From: Lytechinus pictus
Taxonomy: Eukaryota
Reading direction: 5' to 3'
NCBI RefSeq assembly: GCF_037042905.1
Contig: NC_087258.1
Span: forward strand, 16,678,001-16,742,000
Length of the DNA stretch: 64,000 bases
Part shown: in pieces, positions 25,401 through 40,400 of the stretch
Layout: the number at the start of each line of letters is the position of its first letter
Position numbering within the stretch: position 1 is the stretch's first letter
Translations under genes and position numbers: made by a program
The notes under the pieces: model-generated
What the model was told of the DNA's origin: nothing
Databases searched by the model: none
What the model saw: the letters and a program-made list of their open reading frames with translations, nothing else

Positions 25401-28400
25401 CTTACAGTGATCTTTGCAAAAATTTTGAGAGACTGTCGAAAGATCATGGAAAGACTAATTAAGAACGTTGAAAGTTCATTGAAAGACTGCTGAAAGACCA
25501 CCAAAAGACAATTTTCTTGAAAGACCGCTGAAAGACTGTTTTCAACCGTTTCAAAAAGTTTTGGGATTCACAAGGACTACGAAGACTACTGAAAGATCCA
25601 TCAGGAATTGTGAAAGACCATGGAGATCTTTGAAAGTTGATTGAAAGACCTTTGAAATATCAAGCAAGTTTCATGGTCTTACAGCAGTCTTTCAGAGGTC
25701 TTGCTCTCTGTGGAATGGGGGTAGCCTGTTTACAGTCCTTTAATATATCACCATAGATACTTATCACTCCTTTACTTTCTCGCCTTTCAATTTTCATCTC
25801 TATCCCTTCACCATCCTACAGTCCTTTTAGGAACAACCATATGGTTAACATAAGCCTCCTTAATGTTAAGACAAATAAAGTTGAATTTGAACTCACATGA
25901 TAGCTCTTGAAGTGTTGAAGGCACATCTGGTGGCTACCCTCTTCGTAAGCAAACTCTGTCTTCAGTGATTTGACCCTAGCAGCTCTCTCATTGATAGAAA
26001 GCTTAGCAACAAACGTCAACCTACATCAAAATTGGATTAAAATACAAATGGTAACATTCATAACCAAATTCATCTGAAATAAATTGGTATTATCAGTGTA
26101 AAAGTTTTGCAACTATTCATGGCTGAGAATAAGTAATGGTATGTGATTCGTCCAAGACTACAATGGTCCATTGTTGCTGGGTCAGGTGTAGGCAAGGTTC
26201 GAGCCATGTAGGCAGAAAGCTAGAAGCTCTGCGAAGGAAATGACGTGAGTGGTAAGGCTAACAGGATTTCTTTTAGCTCAGAAGTTTATATTTATCTGTC
26301 AGAGCTGTTAGAACCAAGCTACTGCAGGAAGGACCATGCCAAAGCTGCTCTGCAGTCTTTATAGACAATCTAACCTCAAGATGAACTCTCACTCTTGGGT
26401 GAGCCTGCAACACAATGCTGCCATTTGCTGGAACTGGTACTCTGAATGCTCAAGGCCGACTTTGAAGGACAATCTCTTCGGCTCTGAGTGCGAATCAGCT
26501 CAACAATGCACTACCCTGATGACGACAAAGACCGCGATCAGCTGAGTGTGGAATATATGAAAGACAAGAAAGACAGCATCCCATCAACCTATAGATGTAA
26601 ACCGAACCCCAACTAACTGTTATCCTGTATGTATCAGTTGTCATAGCAAATGTGAAACTCCATTACTTGTTATGTTTTTATTTTGAGGGAGAGTAACAAA
26701 CAACAAAAAAGTCATACAAGCTGTTATCTTCATGAAAATGAAACATAATTTGAATGAGAATTTGACCTTCCATAACTTGGACAGGATAAGATTTTTGAAG
26801 GAACGCTCCAAAGACTTACCAAGACTGACCGCGATATTTCACCTATCAGTATCAAAAGGTACCTTACCCCATGATTGGGTCAGTCAAACATCACTTATCT
26901 ACAAAAAGGGAAAATTCACCGCGCCGAAAACTATAGACTAGTCTCGCTTACATGTGCAGTCTCTGAGCTGCTTGAACACATCACTTGTAAGCATTTGATG
27001 GACCACCTAGAGTCAAACAACATTCCTGCATCTCTACACCATGGGTTTAGATCTGGTCAATCAACCGTATCTCAACTCTTCATGACTGTTCATGATCTTG
27101 TATGAGTATGACAAAAGAAGGCAAACTGATGTGGTCATTCTTGATTTTTTAAAGGCCTGTGACAGGGTCCCTTGCAACAAGTTAATGCACAAACTTGCCA
27201 GCTACAGGATTAAAGGTACTCTAAATGCAAAAATTTCTCACCATTAGGGACGGACATCAATCTAAAACAGTATTCGTCACATCCGGCATGCCACAGGGCT
27301 TCATGCTAGGCCCATTGCTCTTCCTATACCATATAAATTACCTTTCAACCTGTGTAAAATCACAAGTACGCTTATATGCAGATGACTGCCAACTTTACAG
27401 GCAGATAAGATTACAGAGAGATCACCAGATACTCTAGGATGACCTCAGCAAACTAGAAACATGAGACATGACATTTAACACAAGTAATTTTAAATTAGGA
27501 CTTCTTAGAAGTTTTTTTTTCAAAGTGGCATGGAGGATGTTCAGTTCATGAGTCTTTCTTACAGCAGGTCCTGCATTTGGTGCTAATCGATTTTTTCTCA
27601 TTCTTTATTTTATTTTTGACACTCTATTTGTGTTCTGTGCTTACCCCCCCCCCCCCAAAAAAAAAGAACCCTCTAGTTTTCTGTGTTTTTTCCCCCTAAA
27701 GGATCCCGTCTACTCTTCAATGGAAGTGACCTCCCTCATGGCACTGGGATGCTGAGTATGTTATACACATAAGGCAGAGCCCCCTGCAAATCAGTTCTGA
27801 CCGCACAGAAATGTTGTTAGTGCTAACAATGCGCGAACAGAAGCCCTGTTACAACCGGTAATGTGGCAGCAATGTCTAATGTTACAACAATGCATTACTT
27901 ATACACATTGCAATAAATGTTTTGACTTCACAATCCGAAATATGTGACTGGGCTTACTGTTAGCGCTCTATTAGGCTGGCACTGTTACTGTGCGGCCGGC
28001 ACATGTTGGTATGCTTAAATCTAGAAATTCAACCATAATGACCTTTATTTTGTAGCAAAAACTTTTTTTCTTGTCAATTTTTTTGTTAAACCAACAAACC
28101 CTCTTCATAAATTGTTTCCAGGGCCCTTCTCTCCGGGTTTCATACATACCTTGAATCTCTGTAGATGGGACTAGGCGGGCGAGCTGAATGAGGAATGATA
28201 CCTTCAAAGATTACAACCCTTCCAAATCTAGGTAGGACACCTACAAGTAAACAGAAAAAAGTGATTGGAAACAACAATATAATAATACTATATTGACAAT
28301 TTAAAGCCGACAGCAAATAACTCTATACAATTACCATGTAAGACACTTTATTATGTAGAGTGTTCCCAGGGGCAGACATGTTGGAGGGCAAACAATAAAC

Positions 28401-31400
28401 ACCTGTGCTTCCATCTGTGATAAATCATTGTTCTATGATTTGATGCACAGGTTTTCCATTTGATGCCTTCAATGTGATATCATCTTAAACTACTCTATAA
28501 GCAATAGTTGATGCTTTATTTGTTTACATATTAATGGCAAGAGTATTGCAGCAATATGGGTTAGTTTACTATATGGGTAATCTGCAGTAATGAGGGTCAG
28601 TCACACAAGGGTATATCACTCACTGATCACTGGTTCGGAGCTGTGGCCATTGAAGTGCAAGAATGTTGTTTCTCCATACTTATCCTCACTCCAGTCATCG
28701 GTGAGGTACACCAGAAATGTCCACTCCTTCTCTCTGATCTCACAGTCCTCGTGGATCCTGGTGTGATCGTAGGTCCTCAGGAGGTTGCAAGAGACATCAT
28801 AGGGATACCACTGGTCGGTACCTGATAAAAGATAGCAAGATCAAAGATTTTAGGTTTAGGAAACATGAAAGACATCTAACTATTCAACAGTACTTGTGGA
28901 TTCTGGATTATTTGAAAGATCTTACAGTCCTTGTGGATCTTGGTGTTGATTGTAGGTTCTCAGCAGATTGCAAGAGACATCATTGGGATATCACTGGTTG
29001 GTACCTGAAAATTTGATGGGTCAAATATTTTATGTCTGGGAAACATGCAAGACAACCACTTGTAATAATGCACCAGTGCTCAGGAATCAAGTATCATTAA
29101 TAAGGTAAAAGAGACATCATAGGGAAACCATTGGTAGGTACCAGATGAAAGATAGTAAGATAAAAGACTTTAGATCTACGAAACATGAAAGGCAACCTCC
29201 TGTCATTTACAGCCCTTGTGGATCTTGGTGTGATCATAGGTTCTTGGCAGAATGCAAGACACACCATAGGGAAAAAATTGGTTGGTACTCAATACTGAAA
29301 AATAATAATAAGACAAAAGATTTTAGATCTAAGAAACATGAAACATCCGCCTATTCTAAGTCTTCATGGATCTTGGATTATAATAATCTAAATCAAAGTC
29401 CTTGTGGATCTTGGTGTGATCATAGGTAATCAGCTGGTTGTGCAAGACATCATAGAGATACCACTGGTTGGTACCTGATACAAGATTGTAAGATAAAAGA
29501 TTTTAGGTCAATGAAATATGAAAGACATCCACCTATTCTAAACTTCTCATGGATCTTGGATTATTAGAAAGATATCACAGTCTCCATAGATGCCATACTG
29601 ATAGGTTGTCAGGAGGTTGCAAGAGACATCGTAGGGAAACCACTGGTTGCTACCTGATAAAAACATGAGTCAAGGAAAAATGAAAGACTCCTGCCTATTC
29701 TACAGTCCTCATGGACCTTGGATTATAATAAAGATTTCACAGTCCTTGTGAATACTGGTATGATCCTAGGTCTTCGGGAGGTTGCAAGAGACATCGTAGG
29801 GAAACCACTGGTTGCTACCTGATAAAAAAATGAGTCAAGGAAAAGTGAAAGACTCCTGCCTATTCTACAGTCCTCATGGACCTTGGATTATAATAAAGAT
29901 TTCACAGTCCTTGTGAATACTGGTATGATCCTAGGTCTTCAGGAGGTTGCAAGAGACATCGTAGAGATGCCACTGGTTGCTATCTGATTTTAAAAAAATG
30001 AGTCAAGGAAACATGAAAGACTCCTGCCTATTCTACGGTCCTCAAGGATTTTGGATTTTTTAAATCTTGCATTATGATAAAGATCTCACAGTCCTCGTGA
30101 ATCCTGGTGTGAGGTTGCAAGAGACACAATAGGGATACCACTGGTTGGTATCTAACGAGAGACTGTAAGAAAAGAGATTTAATGTCTAGGAAACATCAAA
30201 CACATCCACTTATTCCCAATGCAACATTTGCATCCTCTGGCAAGGCATTTATCTACATTTGCCACTCTACACACAGGTGTGGTAAATGGGTACCCGGTAG
30301 GAAGGAATTCCTTCAATGCTCAATGCGCCCAATCAGGGTAGCTGTGCTAAAGCCGGGGTAATAGTATGCAGCGCTTAGATACATTCGTATTAAGCGCTAT
30401 ATAAATTTTGCATATTATTATTATTATCATTATTATTATTCTAAAGACCAGAGAATCAAGCTGATATTATAGCCTGAGAACCAGTGAATTAAAAGCAACA
30501 GATATGGTGGTTCATGCAGAATGCTTGACAAATTATATCAAGGACTCATGAAAACTGCAATTCTTGTAACTTTTAGAAATAATAATAATATTCCGCATTT
30601 ATATAGCGCTTAATACATCAGAACGACGTCTCTAAGACGTTACATTACATTACTTTACAGACATATTATTACCCCGGTCATCGGATCCTTGCATGCCCGC
30701 ATACAATGTATGCACCTTTTCCACTCCCTGGGGAGCATTCCAACAAGAGTTCCAAGACTCAATTGCTAGGCATACTACATATAGGCTTTCACATCCTACC
30801 GGGTACCCATTTAACACCTGGGTGGAGAGTGGCAAAGTGTGGATTAACGCCTTGCCAAAGGACGCTAGGCCATGGTGGGATTCGAACACACGACCCTCTG
30901 ATTACAAGGCGAGAGTCAGAACCGCTACACCACGACGCTTCCACACGGTGGAGACCTCACCTGAAATGAATTCAGCCACCTTCTGTGTAGGTGTCCACAT
31001 CTTGCCTTGGACATAGCTTTCAATAGGAAATCCTGCAATCCATTGGACGTTATCACTGTCAAGATCAAGACTGTCATCGTAGTAGAATGTTCCTGATATG
31101 GGAGGAAAGGTAGAAGGTTTTTTGACTGATAATAATAATTTTAAATAAACATACAAATAATAACGTAAATAGCTACATATATATATAGCACTTAATAATT
31201 TGTGTTTCTAAGAGCTTTATATGCAATTATTATCCACTGCTTAATAACACACCTTATGAAATTAAGGATCGGATCCAAACAAGGGAGCAAGATATGCCAC
31301 ACCCCTTTATTTCAAGAATCACCACAGCAATAAGCTAAATCTAAGAAAATTGTCTTTTTGCGCCCCTAGCTCTATATTACAATTTGCTGTTTGTGCCACC

Positions 31401-34400
31401 TCTTTTCCAAAATACTAAATCGATCACTGGTAATTATTCTGCTACTGAGTCAGACCGAGGCACCATTTCACTGCTACTTTGAAGCCTCAGTCACATTTGC
31501 TCTAAGGCAGCTGTACGGCGAGTCAAAAAGAGCCGTTTTATTCATTTTTATTCAAACCACCTATATGTAGCTGGTACAAAAAATGTTAAAACAGCTGTTT
31601 TTGACTCGCCATAGAGCAAATGTGACTGAGGTTTCAGTAGGAATCACCCAATCAAATTATCATTTGTAATCCTCCATTTTCTGCATTTAAGAAAACAATG
31701 GTGTAACAGGAAAATGCTTCATGCGACCAAGCCGATGGCCACAATCAACTTATTAACCCGATGGAGACTGGTCGATTCTGCCAGAACAAAATTTTCTAAA
31801 GATCTGGGCCCCATCTTACAAAGAGTTACGTAACTCTATGGAAATCCATCAGTGTCATGATTTTTTATACAGGAAATTTGCAAAATGTCCTTTGTAAACA
31901 AAGAAGAAGACACCAAATTGTCAAGAAATCAATGAATTTATGGATATATATTCATATCTAGAATTTTTTTTGAACAAACACGCATTTCATTTGTTGACTT
32001 TAAGTTTGCTGGCTTGCTATATTTGCGATTGATTGGATCAATTGCAACACTTTGTAAGATTGGCCCCAGAACCCTCTTTACATGAGCTCAGTCTCCTATG
32101 GGTTAATGATCCTAAGATATTTAACTTGGGCAGGGGGCTACTCTAGGCTAAAAATAATATGATTTGAACAGATTAAGAAAAATCAGAAAAACCAAAAACT
32201 GAAAATTTGATAAAAATCGGACTAGGAATAACAAAGTTATGGCATTTTGAAGGTATGCATTATTCCGGTGAAACAGTTATAATCATGTCTTCATAAATAC
32301 TCAATGAGCAATCTGATATCATATCCCCATTTATTCTTTTGTATTTTATTACATGGACAATTCCATAAAATAGGTACATCCGATCCCATATACATGTATG
32401 TGGGACCTTCATGAAATTTTCTGTCTCTGATTCCTGGTTATTTCGACAGTCTTTAATGCTGTCAAATGACCATGACTTGGTCAGTTTTTAAAGTGAATTA
32501 AAACTTATAAAAGGGGGTCGGATGTACAAAAAGGTTGATTATTTTATGGAATTTCAGATTTGGATTTTTTTGTTCTATCTCTATTCTTATTCCCATCTTT
32601 GACTGCGATATGAATATAGTTACCATGCTTTGGAACAAACTCTCTCAGTTTCATCAAATCATCTGCATCGAAGAGTCCATCAAAAATGTAAAGTCGTTTA
32701 CCTTGGGATGTTGTATAATTCTAGGATTAAAAACAACACAAAAACAAACATAACATTATTATTATTTTTTACAGAAGGTAAGATCACAAAAATCTTGTCT
32801 GTACTAAATAATGATACCCCTCCCTTTGAATATACACTAAAAATGTGAAAGCTCTGCTGCTCATTGCATAAAGAGTTACATCTGTTGCAACTTTGCCATT
32901 ATGGTAACTACCATGGTTACGGGGCTCAGTAGCCAATCACAATCAAGACGATTATCTTTGGAAAATGGCAACTTGTCAATGCTGACAACTTTCATCAAAT
33001 GGTCCCAAATTTTGGTCACAATTACTGAGAACAATAAAAAAGATATAAATCATAACCACCAGGACGGTGCTAGTCGGCTTCTAATTTACATGAAGATATA
33101 TATATATATACACATCACAGAAAAGCAAAAATATAAGTGGAATATGAAATAATAAAAAAAAAGGAATGGGCAAAGTAATTTTAGGTCTGTATGCAAGTAG
33201 ACTGACTAGCTTTTTAAATAGTAATCAAACAGGAGTCTGTTTATAAGAAAATACGAACAACTCTCATGCAACCCAGCCCACTCACCCACCTGCCCCCCCC
33301 CAAAAAAAAAAAAAATATTTTTTTAAATTTTAGTAAAAAGAACTGAATCTCACCTTTGTCAAACAGTTTGCAACATCTTCGATAGATTTAACCTTCGACC
33401 CTTTCATCTCGGAGAAGAGCGTTTCCCGAGCTTTCGCCTTTTCTTCAAAGTGGAGTTGTCTACGCTGCCTCACTTCGCTCTCTTTCGTTGCGTTCATTGT
33501 GAATGACATCTTGAGACTCATCATGCCTTGCTTGAAATCCATGCTTGGAGGTTTCATTATGTAACCTGAATTATATACCAATGTCTTGTCTTTTAAATAC
33601 TATTTTAAAATCTTGTATCATTGCAAAAAACCCTTTTTTCTATTCATGGTGTAGTGAATTTGCAAGGCATTTAAGGGTGAGAGTCACTTTTTTGGAAAAA
33701 ATTGCAAAATTAAACATCGTTGAAATTAGATGTAATTAATATGCATGCAATAACAAATTAACATTTTTCTTTATGGATGTAAGCATTGATGTTCAAATAA
33801 TACAACTGCAAAAGACTAGGGTGATCCAATGTAGCATAAAAGGGAGAAGTCACGTGGGATCATCGCGCGCTTCACTAGCTACGACATTCGTAACCGAATC
33901 TACCAATCTAGGAGGATCTTGAGAGGTCTCGAAGGAGACCCCATCTTCATACAGGAGAGCCTGACTAAGTCCAGATCTACTCTGTTTTGGGAAATCAAGT
34001 CCAAATACAAAAATAAATATAAAAGTATATGGACTCAAGATGGCCGCATTCGCGTCATAACAAACGATGGTCATCGACATACGCTGACAAAGGAAGCCCA
34101 CATTCGAAGATTATAATCTACTGGAAGCATCTACAATAGCATCTCTTCAGGGTTTTGGATACAGTGAACTACATATTGTTCATTATAGGTTGTCGCGGTC
34201 AAACTACTTTATTTTATAGAAGTCGACCCTGATCTCGGATTTACCTTGTTACCATTGAACTTTTCTTTTTAACAATTAAGCTTGTCTGACGTACTATGCA
34301 GGATTATCCTTCACACCCAGGATTATAGTTGATCGCGCGTAAACAATTACTGATTTCAGCTTCTAATCTGATCTTCTCTGAAAGAACACTGACTGTAACG

Positions 34401-37400
34401 TATTTAATACCTTTTGGGTTTGCCTAATGAAGTGATGAAGTGGTGTTGTTCTATGAACTGTTGAGGAACCATTTTGTAATATTCTAAACGTAGCCGTTTG
34501 TTACCACACAGACCTTTGGGTCACTGTTTCGGTTAATTCTTTGGTACTTTTGAACAAACTTTTATGTATATTGTATTTATTTATTCATTTACTTTTTTTA
34601 TTGTTATTGCATATACTTGTTGGGGTAATGGTACAATTTCCTTGTGTTCTTTGTAACAAAAATGTAAATTCAAATCATAAAGCACTTAAATGCACTACGT
34701 GTTGTAAATGGGTACACATATCTTGCGCACGGATTCCAGTTAAGGTGTATAATGATACTTCAATGGTCTTTTTCAACTGGGAGTGTACTATATGTATTTT
34801 CAAGCATCTACCATGTTTTATAGAAGAAAGCATTTAAGCATATAATGAAAATGAAAGTAATACACATCATCGTAAAAAGAAAGATAACGTTTGTTTGAAA
34901 TATGATCAGATGTCTGATAAAGGTATTAAGTTTGTTCACTTGAATGTAGCCAGCCTTCTGAAAAATTACGATGAAATTAAACATATTTTGAATGTAAATG
35001 ACATACACGTTTTTGCTTTAAACGAGACTAGATTGGATAGCTCCATTGTAGATAGTGAAGTTGAAATACCTCATTACTCTATCATTCGTGCGGACCGTGA
35101 TAGGAACGGAGGCGGGGTGGCAGTTTATGTGCACGAATCTTTGCATGTTGAGTTGATTAATCATAATTCTCTTTCTGGGTTAGAGGCAATATGTTTACGG
35201 ATCCACTTAAAAAACACTAAACCGTTATTATTCTTTAATTGGTACAGGCCGCCTAATAGTAGAATTGAGGTATTTCATCAATATGAACAATTTTTAGAAT
35301 TTGCTTGTAGTTTTGATTGTGACATTATTGTCATGGGTGATATTAACTGCGATATTACGAAAAAAACATTTTATGGAAACACCAAGATCTTTGACCAAAT
35401 TAATACTGTTTACTCGCTAAAATTTATAAATGACTCTTCATGTACCAGAGTGACAGATTCGTCTTCTACGCTTGTTGACCACATGTTAACTAATAACATG
35501 GATAAAGTGAAAGCTCACGGTGTGTTATGTAATGGGATGAGTGATCATTACATTAGTTATTTTATATGGAAATTCCAACAAAAATTATCATCTGGTGAAA
35601 CTTGTATAAGGTATAGAAAATCCAAAATCCGTCATCAAAACTGGAGGATAATAAAAGATTTTGATGATATTAATGACGCTGTCAATAAGTGGGAAATAAT
35701 GCTATTAGAAGTTGTTAATAAACATATGCCCTTAAAATCTAAGCGCATTCGTAAAAAATCTTCTCCTTGGATGAATAATGAGATCTTGTCTTTAATGAAA
35801 GAAAGAGATAAAGGTAAAAGAAAGGCCAAAACTAAAAACGATAATGATTTATGGAAATTATATAAAACTCTGAAAAATAAGGTCACTTTTGTCATCCGGA
35901 AATCTAAACGTAAATATTATTGTGACAAATTATCAAATGTAACAAATAGAAATGACTCTTGGAAAATACTAAAATCCGTTATGGGCAAAAACAACAATTC
36001 GTCTAATAGCACTTTTCCCAAAGTAATGTCAGATGAAGTGGCTAATGGTTTTAACAATCACTTTGCTAATGTGGCGTTGGAAATTGCTGATGAGTCAACA
36101 AATGTACACCATGATCATGTAGCGTCCACTCTGCATGAAAACTTTAAATTTTCGCCTGTCTCTGAAAACGATGTCTTGAAAGAGGTTCATAATTTGAAGA
36201 ATACAAAGTCTGTTGGTCTAGATGGTATTTCAGTATATATAATCAAAGAATCAATTCCAGTTTTAATCGAACCTTTTACTTTCTTGATAAATAAATCTTT
36301 ATGTGATGGTGTTGTGCCTGAGAAATGGAAAGTAGCCAAAATTGTTCCTATTCACAAGAAAGGTGATAAGTTTGAATTTAACAACTATAGACCGATATCG
36401 ATTCTACCCTGTGTGTCTAAATTAATGGAAAAAATTGTGCAAAAGCAATTGCTTTGTTATATTCAAACTCATTCTTTACTTTCTGCTTTTCAATCTGGAT
36501 TCCGTCCGAAACACTCTACCATTACTGCTCTTGCTAAGGTAACGGATGACTGGTTTCATTCTATGGACAATGGGCAGTATACAGGGGCTATTTTTATAGA
36601 CCTTCAAAAGGCTTTCGACCTGGTCGATCATGCAATTCTCCTATCCAAACTTAAAAATATTGGTATATCTGGTGATGAATTGCATTGGTTCAAAAGTTAT
36701 TTGACTAATAGAAGAATACGTACATCCATTAATGGAATTTTATCTGAAGAAAGGGTCATTTTTAAGGGAGTACCCCAGGGATCTCTCCTTGGACCCTTAC
36801 TGTTCATGTTATTTATTGATGATATAATTTCTGTATTTAAAGAGTGCACCGTACACCTTTATGCTGACGACACAGTAATATATTTCTCACATAAAGATAT
36901 TAGAGTTATCGAACTCATCCTTAATAAGGAGCTGGAAAGTCTATCTGTCTGGATGAACAGGAATAATTTGAAAATAAACTATGATAAAACTGTAAGCATG
37001 TTGATTGGAACACCTAAAATGCTTAAAAGGTCACAACATTTACAACTAAAAATTGACTGTCATTTACTGACTCAAGTGAATAGCTTTAAGTATCTAGGTG
37101 TCTTTGTGGATGAAAACATGAAGTGGGACTATCACGTAAATTATTTATGTAAAAAACTGGGGAGAATGATTGGTTATATTGCACGGCTAAAGCATTTTGT
37201 AAATTTGTCAGAATTAAAGTTAATATATAAGTCAATAATTTTACCTCATTTTGATTATGGTGACATTATCTATCAATCTGCAAACAAATCTCTGCCTGAC
37301 CAACTTCAAAAAATTCAAAATAGAGCTGGAAGAATAATCTTGAAAATTGACCCCTATTCACACACTTCAACCTCTCAAATTCATTCTATTCTTGGTTGGG

Positions 37401-40400
37401 ACACTATTCAAAAGAGACAGTATACTCACTTGATATTATTCATGTATAAGATTTGTAACAACATGTCCACTGAATATATGAAAAATTTGTTTCATACAAA
37501 AGATACTCCTTTACCCTCTTAGAAATGAAAATAATATATGTTTACCCAGACCTAGAACCAATAGTTGTAAAAGATCTTTCTCTTACCGAGCTGCATCTGA
37601 ATTCAACAGAATCCCTTTGTGCGTGCGTAATGTCATCATTTTCAATTCTTTTAAAAATACATTTTTGAAATATATCTGTGCTAAATGAAATTAAACCACT
37701 GATTTGTACCGGGGGGAGGGGGGTAGGTGTAGGTTATATGATTTTTCTTTGTTTTTAATGATTTCACTTATATGTCTGATGGTCAACTTTCTTTATTTTA
37801 TGGTAATCATAGCATTTTTGTAAGTAAACTGGCTCCATGGAAGACCAGCAGCAATGCATTATTGCAGCTGAATATGGACTACCAGCCGTATAATTTACTT
37901 TATTTTTTTACCTTTTATTATTGTATCTTAATATTGACCTCATCATATCATGTTATATGTATTTGTATGTACTTTGTATCTGTTATTTTATATACGGAAA
38001 TAAAACAAACAAACAAACAAATGACATGCGATCAAATATCTTCCATAACTTTCAATGGAAAGAGGACACATCGAGTAGAGGCCACACAGGAGATATACCC
38101 CATTTGTTCTTTATTCTAGTACTTAAAAATGTCACCACTTTCCTGATTTACATCATATTTTGGTGATATTTTCAGACAGTGACATGCATATTTCATTATT
38201 CTACATTTATTCATATATGGGCTTGTTGTTGGGGATGGTAGCGAACTGTAAGTTCCTTTTTTTTTGGTGCAAAGTATTTTGGGGGGATCATATATTAGCA
38301 CTTCATATGGCAGTGGGTCGTAAAGTCATGCGTTACTTTATGAACAGCATTACAAAGCACTTCTTGTTAAACATAAATAATCCTCTTTGTGTTCAGAGTA
38401 CTACCAATGAATTCAAGTCTTTTCTTTTAAGTTCTCTTTATCACTCTAGCGGGTAAAATGGGCATATTTAAACAACATCATATTATTTACATAAGCTTAG
38501 TTTTTATAGTTTTCACTTCATATTTCACCTTTCTATAATTTGTGTCAGCAATCTGCATCTTCGTAGATGTCATTTATCAAAGTTGTTTTTTTATGGAATT
38601 TTTGTAATGTATATAATCATTAGCGTTTGTCCTATCTTACAGAATGTTATAGTATACAAATAATGAATGTTTATGAGTGCAATGGACACTGGACAGAATA
38701 TTTCACGAGGTTAAAAAAAAAATCAATTCCACGAGGCATAGCAGAGTTGAATGGATCACTTTTACTGAATGAAGTAGTCTGTTCATTGCACGAATGAAAA
38801 AACATTCATTATTTGTTTTATAAGACACCTAAAAAAAAATCCTTTTCATTTTGGATTGAATTTGGTTTGATTTGGAGAAGATTTTGCTATGCAAGCATGG
38901 TCTCTGTTGATTGTCACATACATACTGTAGGTTTCACGGGCCTAATTACAACTGGCAGGCAAAAGATATTCATTCGAGCCAACCCATTCTCAATTTTTAA
39001 ATTTGATATTGCTGATTGACAAAAATGAATGAATATGATTGACAATCTAACACTGGGAGGGAACCTACTGAACTTCCTTTTTTCCAAATTGGAAAGATAT
39101 ATCACTACTTTGGAACTATTTTTTTACTGGCGGAAGAATTAGGGCCATTTTACTCTCTCAAGTGATGAATTCGATCCTGTCAGGTGTAGTCTTCATAAAT
39201 GCCGATTTATTCTTAAAATTAGCCTGTCGAGGTACCCTTTTCTGGTCAGGTATGGAATGTCAGACATATATCCTGTCCACTGGTAGTAAACATTCAACCC
39301 TCGAATTTCCTCCTTATTTTTTAAGAATTTTTTTTTAAGTGCCACTTTAACACACAAATCTATGGGAAATTAATTAGGCATGTGATACCTGCAACACGCT
39401 GCAACACCAGTGTGGTGCAAGTGGTCCTGGTGAGCATGCAATGGAAAAATCGTATGGATCCAAAATTACGTCATTGTACGTCATTGTAGAATGATCGATA
39501 TCAAACTACCCATAAAATGACAAGGATCTATCTAGGTGAGTATATTTTGTGAGAAATTAAAATAAACCAAACTGAAACTCTTACCAACTGAGCTATCCCA
39601 CACCACTGCTCTGTTATACTTGGGACTAAGAGCCACGAAAGTATCGTTGTTATCTTCGTAAAAGAGAAGTTCACCATAATCATTCTTGCGCCAATAGTGA
39701 TTGAAATAAAGCACCACGGAATACTCCTTTTCTTCACCCGTATTATCCCTGGTCAATTTAATGTGGTCACCTCTGAAAAAAAATAGAATGCAAAGACAAA
39801 CAAATTCATGTATTACGTTCAAGACCTTGCTACTCTCATTTCAGTGTTATCGTCAAATGGCTCCATCTTATCTGTCTGAGTAACTTGTAAATATGAACCT
39901 GTTCGATATAGAAGATCATTTTCATAAGGATTTATATAATTGTTAAGGCAAAGTTTTAAAGGAACTCTGGAATAGCGTCCCGCACAATTTAAGGCAAGTT
40001 TATACAATTGCAGTATTCAAATCTGCATATAAAAAGTACTTATTTAAGTGATAATATCATCATAGCATTTCTGGGGAATAAATAGTGATTAACTTTTAAT
40101 AATTTAACAACATATATTGGTTATATCGCTTTACCCCGATACATTAACATAATCATAAACAAATTATGAAATACTCAGTATTTTGTCGATAGGGCCTATA
40201 GCAGAATTTCGACAATGTCGATCGATAATATTGAAATATCAACCAACACCAAACTTGAAGTTGAAACAGCATTTTCCTGGTTTAAGTCACCAGTCCATTC
40301 ACTGTCGTTTATTACGTCAGCACTGGTGACTTCTTTCCATTCCCATTGACTTTGTACACAACGAGTGCACACACACGAGAAAGAGGTGACTAATTTCACG

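Larger units (their letters stand above)
33851..38020 (+). mobile_element. 5'-truncated non-LTR retrotransposon of the L2/CR1 group (Crack-like), antisense in intron 3 of the 2OG gene
   Basis: ORF1 C-terminal part, ~510-nt spacer, PHD-APE-RT ORF2, 3' UTR with GGCTCCATGGAAGACCAGC...GCTGAATATGGACTACCAGCC stem-loop motif, and AATAAA + (CAAA)n tail at ~37999-38020. Confidence 0.92.

Noticed and set aside
26200-26620. 5' part (PHD/ORF1) of the decayed LINE at 26775
   Set aside because: Cys/Trp spacing is suggestive but cannot be aligned by eye
29760-29935. Stop-codon readthrough at the in-frame TAG in two repeat copies
   Set aside because: Both copies derive from one recent duplication and are truncated anyway; simple decay explains it
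28830-30215. CRISPR-like array or set of functional mutually exclusive exons
   Set aside because: Eukaryotic context; the 'spacers' are homologous to each other; copies carry stops or indels and lack the exon's 3' half and donor
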